NCBI GenBank assembly: GCA_051294375.1
Contig: CM119266.1
Coordinates: 411,132-475,131, forward strand
Direction: 5' to 3'
DNA: 64,000 nucleotides
Origin: Paraspadella gotoi
Lineage: Eukaryota; Animalia; Chaetognatha
The notes under the pieces were generated by a model that was not told the origin of the DNA, made no database searches, and saw nothing but the letters and a program-made list of their open reading frames with translations. This document shows positions 53,372 through 64,000 of the stretch, one piece after another; the stretch's first letter is position 1, and each line of letters starts with the position of its first letter. Both the position numbers and the translations under genes were made by a program.

Positions 53372-56300
53372 TCATCGCGACTCCCCCTCCTCTTCCTCAT
53401 TGTCTAACTCTTCCTCCTCAGCATTCCCCGTCCAGCACCCGCTCTCCAAATGTGCCCTCCTCCTGATCCGAAACACTTGGACAAGCCCATTCTCGTTGGC
53501 GATGTAATTAGCGTTGATGTGTTCGTAGAGGATTTCCCAACATCCCTCTTGAGCGAGTCGACGACAGGTTCGGTCGAAGGCGCCGCGGAAGACGGCCACG
53601 TCGCGACGGTCACGTTCGCGCATCGCGTTGACGATGTATCCTCCAGGGCGCGTGAGGCGAAGTAGCTCGCGAAAGGCTGAAGGGAGGAGGTGACCCTCGG
53701 CGAAGCCTCCGGCTATCACGACAGCGTCGTACACGCTCTCTATTTTGGAATATATTATGGTTACATTTTATTAATATTATGCTGTGTAATATCTAATTTC
53801 ATTTATTTTTAATGCGATGTAAGGAATAAATGTTTTAAATCCTTACTCATTTTTAATTAATTTATTCAATGAATATTGCCGGAAAAAGCCATCTCGCTTC
53901 TGACTTTGGTTAGACTATAATGGATTAGGGCCCCATGGCTCGTACAAAATTTTAATAAGCTTTCAATCTAGACTAATGAAGTCTAGTGTATGTAAAATTA
54001 TTGGTTATTTATAATTTAATTTTTTCCTAATAATTATTTTACCGCCAATGTATGTCTTTATGTCGTCGCATCCTATGGTCAACACGTGAAAGTTCTTGTA
54101 GCCCCTTCCGACTGAACCTTTGAGCATTTCTTTGGAAGAGTCCAGAGCGTCGATGTCTGATGAATAAAATTTTAGTTTCGATTCTTGAAGTATGAAAACA
54201 ACAGCAGAAATCAATTAAAATTTTGATTTGCAGAAATTTTGTGTTAAAGATAACAATTTAGTGTCTTTTGTGCTTACTCGTGTATCCACGTTGGATCAAT
54301 TGCTTGGCCACGAGGCCAGTTCCTGCACAAACGTCGAGAATTCTGGAATGTTTGTTGAGGCCGAGGCCGGTCAGATATTCCGCGGCCCATTCCGCCCCAC
54401 GATAATTGGCGGCCATCTTGTTCGCCTCGTAGTTGGCGCCATTCCACCCGAGATATATTTCTTGGGATTGCTTCCACGTAATTCCGGGGGATTGTGGCTG
54501 AATGTCAAAATTGAAGTTCAAAATCGTCTTGCCGCAACTTTTTAGCAGCTGCATCGTTGAAACCATAACTTACTTTCATGATATTCTCATAGGCTTGGCT
54601 GACTGAGATTTCGGCTGTTTTTCTATAAACTTGGACCAGCCCATGATAATCCATGTAGTAACGCGGGTTGACGTGTTCGTAAACGACCTCCCACTTTTTT
54701 TGTTCGACTAATTCTCGACAGTGTTCGTCAAATTTTCCTACACAAATTGAATTCCATAACAACATTTTAGTAAGTAGACATCTGCGATGACAATTTGAAT
54801 AAAGTTAACAAAATTAGCATCCAAGAAAACCACCGAATAATTATGTAAAAGGACCAATTATTGACAGAAACGTTCAATATCAGTAATCCCCGAGCTTCGG
54901 ATCAGGCTGTAACAACGTGTTACAAGCGAGTTAAGCGCCCCTTAACAGGGCTAGAACCCCGATGGGAGGCGAATGACTTGCCGCCTGCACCAATGGCCGC
55001 CGAGGAACTGACGGTGGATTTTAGTGCATGTATGCTTTATCCGTTGTATTTAGGACATTATTTTCATATATTTTTGTCATTTCCTACTTAGTTTTTTTTT
55101 AAATTTTTCAGAAAAATATTTTAATTTTAAAACATGTATCTGAAAAATTAAGTTTTTTGCCAACTAACCGGCATAGAGGTCGCATTTGTGTCGGTTCTCT
55201 TCCCGCATCACGTTGATGATGTAACCGCCGACTTTGAGGAGTCGCAACATCTCGTCGAAGGCGTCGACTTCCATATGAGCTTCGGCGAATCCCCCGGCGA
55301 TCGTGATCACGTCGTAGTGCGCTGATTGTAAGATGGGAAAGAGATAAGTTTCTTGTTGTTGCCACATTTTTAAAAGGGTTTAAAACACGAAAAGTAGAAG
55401 TATTTAAACATATATATATATTGCGATTAGATATTTTGAAACGGAGTTTGATTACATGACAGCTCTACTTTGAAAGACCAAATGTGAAAAGTCTGAATGT
55501 GATTGGACCCGCAATAATTTAATTTTATAATAATAATAATAATTAATAATAATAATAATAATTAATAATAATTAATTTGTATAAATTATTTTAGGATTTG
55601 TTCAAAGTTCCAAATCTACATATTTTCCGTCGCCCGCTCGTTTCTCACCTTCCGGCAAATCCGGACGATGTCCGCCGCCAATCATGCAGTGATGAAAGTC
55701 TTTGTATATGTTAAGCTTCCTGGCTCCGTCGAGCATTTCTATGGAGGCGTCGAGGGCCTCGATGTTCGTGTATTTCCCGCGCGACTTTTCCTTCAGGGAT
55801 CGAGCGACAAGTCCGGTTCCGGCGGCGATGTCCAGGATGCGGACGGAAGGATCGAGGTTGAGCCGGAGGAAGTAGTCGACGACCCACTCGGGGGCCTTGT
55901 AGCCAACGGCCAGCATGTGGGTGTCGTAATCGTCGCCTAAAAAGGAGATGAGCAATATATTAATTTTGGGAATGTTTTATATGTTTACGTATATATTTCA
56001 TATACAAAAGACGTAACATTTAATTCTTGCATTTTTTTCTTTGACATTTGATATTGAGTTTGAAGAATCTATTAGCAGGACTGAGTACTCACCGTTCCAC
56101 TCTGTGTACTTTTCTTGCGCTTGGTCGTATGACATTCCTTTCTTCTGGACTCTGAGGATCGATTCCCAATTGTCCTGTTGTTTTTGCGTCGGCCACCAGG
56201 GTCGCTTGGGGTCTGGTTTTTGATAGACTTGGACAAAGCCTAAGGCACCCTCAACGTAATTCTGGTTAATGTGCTCGTAAATCTGAAATATTGATGGAGC

Positions 56301-59300
56301 TTGAGTTTCAAAGAACTGGGAATACCAATAAATTTTGCAAAAACACACAATAAACAAAACTTACCTTTACCCACTCGCCTCTATCGACCAACTCCTGACA
56401 GTGTCGATCGAATTTGCCCTCGTACATCGCCCCCTTACGTCGATTCGCCTCACGCATGACGTTGACGACGAAGCCGCCTTTTTTAAGGACGCGCAGCATC
56501 TCGTCGAAGGCGTCGACTTCAAGGTGACCCTCGGCGAAGGCGGCCGAGACCATCACCGCGTCGTAGGAGCCTGGACGGGTTTGAGGAATTATTGAATGAT
56601 TTACAAATATATGATTCTTGTACTTCTCGTACTCTCTCTCTTTCTTTTTTTTTCAAATTTCTTTCTCTCTCTTTTTCTTTCCCTCTTTTTCTTTCTTTCT
56701 TTCTTTCTTTCTTTTTTTATTTTTTTCTTCCTTTCTTTTAGCAGGTGTCCCAATTTAAGAAAATCAGCAGTAAATTTTGTATAGTTCAATGTAAAATTTT
56801 CATATTCAATTATTATTGTATTAATAATTATTTTTGAATGGAAAAGATTTTGACATTTAAGGAAAGCTCGTATCTGTCCTAACCCTTCACGCCCCCCTAA
56901 AAAAAACAAAACAAAAAATGACCATTTTCCACTGGAATCGGCGGCGCTCCGCCTCCAACGCGGCAATTGAACAGCTTCCCGTAAATATCTCTCTTCTTAG
57001 CGGCGTCCAACATGGCCCCGGAGGCGTCTACTCCGTCGATGCGGCCGAATCCGGGGTTGCGGTCACGGAGGGCTTTGGCCACGAGCCCGGTGCCGCAGCA
57101 AACATCGAGGATTTTGGCAGAGGAGTCTAGGCCCAGATCGAGCAGGTAGTCGACGACCCATTCGGCGCCGCGGTACACGCCTCGGTTCTTGAAATCGGCA
57201 TCGTACTGATCACCATTCCAGCGGGCGTAGACTTGTTGGGATTGTTCGTGGCTCAGACCAGGAGTTTGTACCTGTGGAAGGGAAAAAAGAATTAAAGTGG
57301 AAGGGAGAAGATAATGAGATGGGGGGAAACGAACATCATATAAAATTTGATATAAATATATTATCATTAAATTTAGCAAAGGTTGTTGTTAACAACTTGG
57401 CGATTTTAAAAATAGAAGTTGGATTTTTAGGCTAAATTTTTTTTGTTTGTAGATTGTAGATATAATCCAGAATTAAGAAACAGATTTAAACCTAATTTTT
57501 TAGAGTTTTATAGACAGTTTGAGTTAAGTTTTGACAACGATTTTGTTTTATACAATATACATTAAAGCGGGTTATATATTTAACAACGCTCTGTTCCCTT
57601 AAATATTAGAAAAACACTGTGTCATAAATAATGCTTTATGTAGGTTATATACAGAGAACGGTTTGCCTAACTAACTAAATAATTATTCAAACTCATAGTA
57701 AGCAGTTGAAAAAAATGATTTACTATGCTAAAATACCTTTGTTGCCAGAGTTGCAAACATTTGATGCCCACCGGCCCATCGGCCTTCTAGCAAGAAGGAA
57801 AACAAATGAATGTAAAAAAAGGATTGAATGAAATGAAACAAATGAATTAGATTAGAAAAAGCGACTTTTAATAAACATGTAAAGAAAAATTCCTGTAATT
57901 GATGCATTTTGCATAACATGTTATATTTTTTCGCGCCGTTTCTTTTTCTAAATTTTGGGAAATTTTGGCGAAAATGAAGACGAAGCATGACGACTCCCGG
58001 TTTTTGAACCCGCAGTTATTCTGACTGCAATACCCCTGATTAATGAAAATGTAGGATAAGGAAGCAGGATGTCCCTCGCATACCCTATAGAACTGTCAAC
58101 TTTCTGATAGCGGCAATAATAGTAGGAATGGCAGCATTCTCAATGGGTGCGGTCACAAAAGCATGCAACACCTTCTCGGGTCACTTGGAGAAGGTCAGGG
58201 TTGCCGAAGGTGAACTTTTTAAATTGATTGTGTTGTCATGATAATTTTTTATCGGGGTACTAATTTTCCGACCATTATTATTTTACTTACCCGTCTAAAC
58301 AATTTTTTTAAATTTAGCTGGACCTCACTGAACAGCGGATATGAATACAATACCCGTAAATAAAGGTTAAAGAGTTTCCTCGGTCTTTTGCAGAAATCTT
58401 AAAACATGTTTTTCCCATTTTGTTTTTGACAACTTGTGAGGGAGCTTTAGTCCTCGACTGAGTGTATATTAACTTCACTGGATTTCCAATTTAAAAATCT
58501 ACATTGAACAATGAACATACATAATTTTGCATTAAATATACATACAACGTTTGTAATTTAAGGAATAAGAATGCCCTCTTTTTTTTTGCTCAGGTAAGTA
58601 ATTAATAAAATACAGACCCATACGATTAATGAGATGAAATCCAACAAAGAATCATCATCTACAATTACCTCAGCAATCTTATTAAAAGCCTCCGCCTTGG
58701 CGGCCTCGGTTGTTTTCCTGTAGACTTGCACGAGTCCGGGAATCTTTAAGTAGTAGCGGGGATTGACGTGTTCATAAACAAGCTCCCACTTCCCTTCATC
58801 CACGAGCCGTCGACAGTGTTTGTCGAAGGCTCCATTGTAGACTATGCTGCGATTTTCATCTTTCATAGTGTTGATGATGTATCCACCGACCTTATCACAT
58901 GAAAAAAACAAGTTAAAATGTTGCCAAAAAGCTACATTTACTAGGGCATTATTCGTTTTTAAAAAATATTTAGTTACTTATTCGTTAAGGAGAAAACAGT
59001 TTTTGAATTTAAACAACGATTTTTTATTGACAGTTTATAAGTCAAGACATGTTTCTTTTTCATATTTTAAATTTTTCAATTGACCCACTGCACTGCGAAT
59101 TTTGTATTCTTATTTTTAAAAAAGAAAATATTTACTTTCAACATCCGCAACATTTCGTCGAAGGCGTCGACTTTAAGGTGCGCCTCCACGAAACCCCCGG
59201 CGACGGTGATGACATCGAATTGTTCTGCATCACAAGATTATTTTGTTTTCATATTGTTTAACTTGCTGCTGCTATTTTTTTTCAGCAGATCCCGACTCTA

Positions 59301-59757
59301 TAATTCACTTTGTCGGTCCGTCGGTCCGCCCCCTCAATATTGTCGGGCACGCACTTATATCATGTCAGAACATCGAATTATGATAAATTATGCAAAAAAA
59401 CGATGTCCGTCCGTCCAAACCAAGGGGGGCCAGGGGGCCTGCTCATTTTGAGCTCTATCTTAATTCTTAATTTTTCACTTTAACAGTCACTTATCTATCC
59501 CTCACAAAAATGTATCATTTCATATTTAAAAACTTCCTTTCCTTTCATTACTATCTATTTATTATTAGATTAATTGTTAAATTCACTATTAGTTTAAACT
59601 TATTCCTTGTTGTACATTGCACAATGTATTATTTTGTCTCTCTCTCTCCTTCTCTCTCTCTCTCTCTATCTATCTCTCTCTCTTTCACCAATTGACCATT
59701 TCACTTCTTTTCACAACTGATCTGTCCTCAACTTAAACTGTACTTATTCTTTAACCA

Positions 59758-59791
<34 letters not shown>

Positions 59792-62463
59792 TCTTTTACA
59801 CAAATTTGTAAATGCATTATTAACGCTGATGAAGACTCGAAAATAAAGAGTCGAAACATGTCCATTTATCAAAAAAAATGATGTCCGTCCGTCCGTCCCT
59901 CCTTAGCAAAAAACACCAATTACTCGTGATTGGATGGATGGATTTGAATAAAATTTTGTGTGTGGGTTGGGAAGAGCTGGATATTAAGTTTCGATGGAAT
60001 CTACCGAGTGGAAATTAGTTTAAATGGAAAAAATAAAAATATATATTTCACTATTTGAACACCAATTGCTCATGAGTGGTTGGGGCGATTGACCTGGAAT
60101 TTTGTATGTGGGTAGGAAAGTTTGTGATTGAGCAGGAAATCAAGTTTCGATGGAATCGTTAGAGTGGAAATGAATTTAAATGGAAAAAAAAACCTGTTTC
60201 ACTAATTGATTATGCTTCTTTTTCCTTTTATATTAAATGTAAATGCAAGATGTATTAATTCATCAAATAATTAATCAGTTAATTTGTAGATGGCGCGGCC
60301 TAAATTCACTTTGAGGTTAATCAAATTAATCAATTAGTCAATTAATTAATCAATAATTAATTAATCAATCAAGTCAATCGTTATTGGCATTATTCTCATT
60401 GTCATCATTGCTTTTGTCGTGGTTAGTGACAAAAAGACCTAAAAACAAACATTTAGGATCAAATTAATTAATTGCCTAATTAATTAATTATTTAACTTGA
60501 ATTATTTAATTATTAATTAATTAATTACCGATAATGATCGTGGGCAGATCCGACATTGTTTGCTCAAACTTGTTTTCCTTTATTCCGCGTCGAGGATTGC
60601 GATAGAAACAGGAACAGTTAAATAACGCTAACCGACAGAGTCCCACCAAGCTTACCATCATCGATCGGGGCTCTTTGACCGTCTCCGATTGGACAGCAAT
60701 AGTATTCATTGTAGAGTTGCTTGTTTCTTGCTTTGTCCAACATTGCCTGATTAATTTACCGAAAAAAATAACGATTTTTTTTTTGGAATACCATCGACGA
60801 CAGCAACTTCTAGAGTCTAGACCAACAAATACTCGGAGACGGACCGAAAAAGACTCCACGACTAACGGAGATAGACGGACTGAGATAGACTGAGATAGAT
60901 TGAAATAGACTGAGATAGACGGACCGAAAAAGACTCCACGACTAACGGAGATAGACGGACTGAGATAGACTGAAATAGACTGAGATAGACGGACCAAAAA
61001 AGACTCCGTGACTAACGGAGATAGACGGACTGAGTTAAACTGAGATAGACTGATATAGAGAGAGAGAGAGTCTTAATTGAAAGCTTGCAGGGACCTGCTA
61101 TGTCATTATCTTGTAAGAGTAATGGAGGCCTTAAACCACCAAAGAAATGAATGAATGGATAATTTTTATATTGGTTGTACCAATTTCATAGACTGAGATA
61201 GACGGACCAAAAAAGACTCCATGACTAACGGAGATAGACGGGCTGAGATAGACTGAGATAGATAGACCGAAAAAGACTCCGCGACTAAAGGAGATAGACG
61301 GACTGAGGTAGTCTGAGATAGATGGACCGAAAAAGACTCCGCGACTAATGGAGATAGATGGACTGAAATAGACTGAGATAGACAGACCGTAAAAGACTCC
61401 GCGACTAATGGAGATAGACGGACTGAGGTAGACTTAGATAGATGGACCGAAAAAGACTCCGCGACTAACGGAGATAGATGGACTGAGATAGACGGACCGA
61501 AAAAGACTCCGCGACTAACGGAGATAGACGGACTGAGATAGACTGAGATAGACTCAGACTGACTGAGATAGACTGAGATAGGCGGACCGAAAAAGACTCC
61601 GTGACTAACGGAGATAGACGGACTGAGATAGACTCAGATAGACTGAGATAGACTGACCGAAAAAGACTCCGCGACTAACGGAGATAGACGGACCACAAAA
61701 GACTCCGCGACTAACGGAGATAGACGGACCATAAAAGACTCCACGACTAACGGAGATAGATGGACTGATATAGACTGAGGTAGACGAACCGAAAAAGACT
61801 CCGCGACTAACGGAGATAGACGGACTGAGGTAGACTGAGATAGACTCAGATAGACTGAAATAGATGGAACAAAAAGATTTCGCGACTAACGGAGATAGAC
61901 GGACTGAGGTAGACTGAGATAGACTGAGATAGACGGACCGAAAAAGACTTCGCGACTAAGGTCACTTTCAAAAAAAATTAATCTCAGCACCTGTGAGGAA
62001 TCAAGGCCCTCGATGTTGCAATATCCATGCTGCTTGAAGTATCTCGCTACGAGTCCAGTTCCGCAGCAAACGTCAAGGATTCGGACGTTTTTGTCGAAAT
62101 TAAGGTGAAGGAAATAATCTAAAGCCCAAAGCGGCGCCTAGAATAATTTAAATTGCTATTTTTATTCACAGCAATCATAACATAAGAATTGCATTCACAA
62201 GCTATAGCGTTAAAGTTCCTCTTACTTTGTAACCAACGGATAATATTTCAGCATCGTAGTCGTCACCGTTCCACTTTTCATAAAACTGAGAAGGTTGAAC
62301 AATTGTTTAAATTTTTATAAAATTAATACTATATAGATATTGAAAATAAGCCAAAGAACCGCAGTGTTTTGTTGTGTAACGTTAGTCCGTACATACTTGT
62401 TGCGATTCTTTCCAATCGATCCCTTTTTTCTGCGCCAGGGAAACATTGAGGAAAGCGTCATCT
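53372..62463 (-). CDS. Gene B: protein with at least four tandem METTL27/WBSCR27-like methyltransferase domains (first exon not located)
   Basis: About 15 exons between 62463 and 53372. Motif I occurs four times: ILDVCCGTGLV (~62050), ILDVCCGTGLV (~57090), ILDIAAGTGLV (~55820) and ILDVCAGTGLV (~54320). Each is followed by GGF/AAF-x-ExH and GGxxxNxM. Linkers are open. Confidence 0.82.
54881..55026 (-). mobile_element. Dispersed structured repeat (tRNA-like part plus twister-like hairpins), copy 1
   Basis: Shares blocks GAGCTTCGGATCAGGCTGTAACA, GGGCTAGAACCCCG, TGGGAGGCGAATGACTTGCC, GCACCAATGGCCGC and GGTGGATTTTAGT with 63702-63850. Confidence 0.7.
58010..58215 (-). mobile_element. Possible degenerate CR1/L2-type LINE ORF2 fragment
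   Basis: Minus strand at 58177-58151 encodes EKVLHAFVT, resembling the post-RT segment of L2/CR1 ORF2. The surrounding frame is broken. Confidence 0.35.
59281..60575 (+). mobile_element. HINE-like element, family A copy 3, interrupted by a nested insertion
   Basis: Starts CAGCAGATCCCGACTCTATAATTCAC and ends GCAGATCCGACATTGTTTGCTCAAACTTGTTT. Collinear with copies 1 and 2. Confidence 0.75.
59417..59871 (+). mobile_element. Nested retroelement fragment ending in a minimal hammerhead motif (59822-59866)
   Basis: Flanked by a 23-bp duplication AAAAAAA(C/T)GATGTCCGTCCGTCC (59394-59416 and 59872-59894). Motif: CTGATGA a GACTC gaaaataaa GAGTC GAAAC AT GTC. Confidence 0.7.
60832..61960. repeat. Modular minisatellite in an intron of methyltransferase gene B
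   Basis: Units of about 36 bp (GACGGACCGAAAAAGACTCCGCGACTAACGGAGATA) separated by variable numbers of GACTGAGATA decamers. Confidence 0.95.
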
Positions 62464-63701
62464 CTGGAAATAAAGAGTTGCAATAAAGCAATGAATCAAA
62501 TCAATGGATAAAACAATTAATCAAAAATTCAAACAATCAAAAACTACGGATACAAACAATTGAAAAATTACTAAAACAATCAATCCATAAATACATTCAT
62601 GTGCAAGAAAAACGCGACACCTATATCAGCCGTTAAAAATTACCCTTTATACTCTGATTTTTAAAAAAAAATTATAAATAAATCGAAATTTATTAAAATA
62701 TAAAAAAGTTTGTATAAATTTTATAAATATCAGGTTATCGATTATCCAGCAATGAATTTTTTAAAATAAAATTCTTTACAGATAAGCTTGTGGACATAAA
62801 AAAAAATATTTATTTAAAACTAATTTTATTTTTAATTTCTTTTTTTATGGATTAAAAATAATAAAAAATCACACTGGACATCCGTAGAGATAGCTAGACA
62901 ACTCGATTAATCTAATAATCTATGTTGTACACATTAGCATTTTATCGCTTATGGTGAAGAGACAGTAATTATTGATAAGTGTTAATGACAGAGACCGTTC
63001 AATATAAGCAGTAGCCGGAACAGGTTGAAAACTAGAAGTTCTCTCTCAAATAAATAATGTATAAAGTGACCTGTTAAGTAAGAATATGAAAAATAAAAAA
63101 TAATTTTAATTAAATTATCTTATTAATAAGTCTCGCGGCATAGCGACAGCATTTAAAAGGATTATTTTTATTACTATATAAACCCTGTAATATTTTTTTT
63201 GAATTTTCAATTTTTTCTAATGGATTCCTGAATAGAGCTTTAAAAGGTTAGATAAATAGGTTATTAATACAACAATTTTAAAATTCTTTTTGTTTTTAAT
63301 TGATAAAAATTTTTAAAAAACTTAATTTAATCGGCCAATGATGAAGTGAAGATCGATGATTTTTTAACGTTTTTTCTGTTTTTAACACGCAATTTCTTGT
63401 CGCAAAATTTTTTAAGAATTGTAGTAACTAACTTTTCAATTTAACTTTTCAAGCTCTAATACGAACGAATCCGTTCCTTAAAACAGATTCCCACAATTTT
63501 TTTTAAAAAAATTTTTGTCATTTGTTATATATTAAATTAAATATTTAAAAAGCTTCAGTGCACCAACCCAATGAACTACGATTCATTAAAAGTTACAATT
63601 GATAAATCGATTCTTAGTAGATAGAAGCGAAAAAAAGGTAATTTTATTTTTGAGAGAATTAAAAGTTATAAAAAGTGTTCAATTGGCACCGCTTCAATAA
63701 G

Positions 63702-63850
63702 CAGTCCCTGAGCTTCGGATCAGGCTGTAACACGATGTTAACTGCAGACGACCACCGGGCTAGAACCCCGGACCTTTGGTTTGGGAGGCGAATGACTTGC
63801 CTCCGGCACCAATGGCCGCTGATGAACGGTTGGTGGATTTTAGTCCACCA
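63702..63850 (-). mobile_element. Dispersed structured repeat, copy 2, with a more complete tRNA-like segment
   Basis: Minus strand: GGCCATT...GGTGGTC acceptor-like pairing, CTCCCAA anticodon-like loop, T-arm CCGGG GTTCTAG CCCGG. Followed by CCTGA TCCGAAGC TCAGG. Confidence 0.7.
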
Positions 63851-63910
63851 TACATCCCCCCCTCCCGTAGGGAGAAGTCTGTTGCGTCTCTTCAGTGAAT
63901 TGTTGTTGGT

Positions 63911-64000
63911 GGAAAGTTCGTCACCAAGTTGAGGCATGTCGCCTGATGTGTTGTGGGCGGAAAGTGCATCGCCAGGTTGAGGCATGTCGCCTGAAAGTGT
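63911..64000. repeat. 48-bp tandem repeat running off the window end
   Basis: GGAAAGT...GTTGAGGCATGTCGCCTGA starts at 63911 and again at 63959. Confidence 0.8.

Noticed and set aside
54940-55026. HDV-like ribozyme fold on the minus strand (GCACUAA/UUGGUGC helix, UUCCUCG loop)
   Set aside because: No proper J4/2 catalytic C-x-R-A segment, and the loop is not conserved in the second copy.
60832-61960. CRISPR-like look of regularly recurring 36-bp repeats
   Set aside because: The spacers are copies of one decamer rather than unique sequences, there are no cas genes, and the context is a eukaryotic intron.
63748-63818. Functional tRNA-Gly(CCC) gene
   Set aside because: The D and anticodon stems pair poorly and the segment is part of a dispersed repeat.
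63659-63985. 108-aa minus-strand ORF
   Set aside because: It runs through a 48-bp tandem repeat and a structured repeat and has no recognisable domain.

Overview
Animal (probably invertebrate) nuclear DNA with GC-richer exons, short AT-rich GT-AG introns and many GA/CT microsatellites; the species cannot be assigned from this window. Exons were joined by hand, so some boundaries are approximate. Genes: the 3' part of a C2H2 zinc-finger gene, LIS1/PAFAH1B1, a long multi-zinc-finger gene, 5-oxoprolinase (OPLAH), a secreted vWA-ZP protein, and two tandem minus-strand genes made of 2 and at least 4 concatenated METTL27/WBSCR27-like methyltransferase domains. Main surprises: (1) a tRNA-derived SINE with an 11-bp TSD whose body folds as a type-P5 twister ribozyme, plus a second repeat family with a tRNA-like part and a partial twister-like module; (2) three Penelope-type minimal hammerhead ribozyme motifs in introns; (3) an apparent two-exon secreted-peptide gene nested on the same strand in a LIS1 intron, missed by the ORF track; (4) the poly-methyltransferase architecture. 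Helentron-like (DINE/HINE) elements, MITEs and minisatellites fill the rest.
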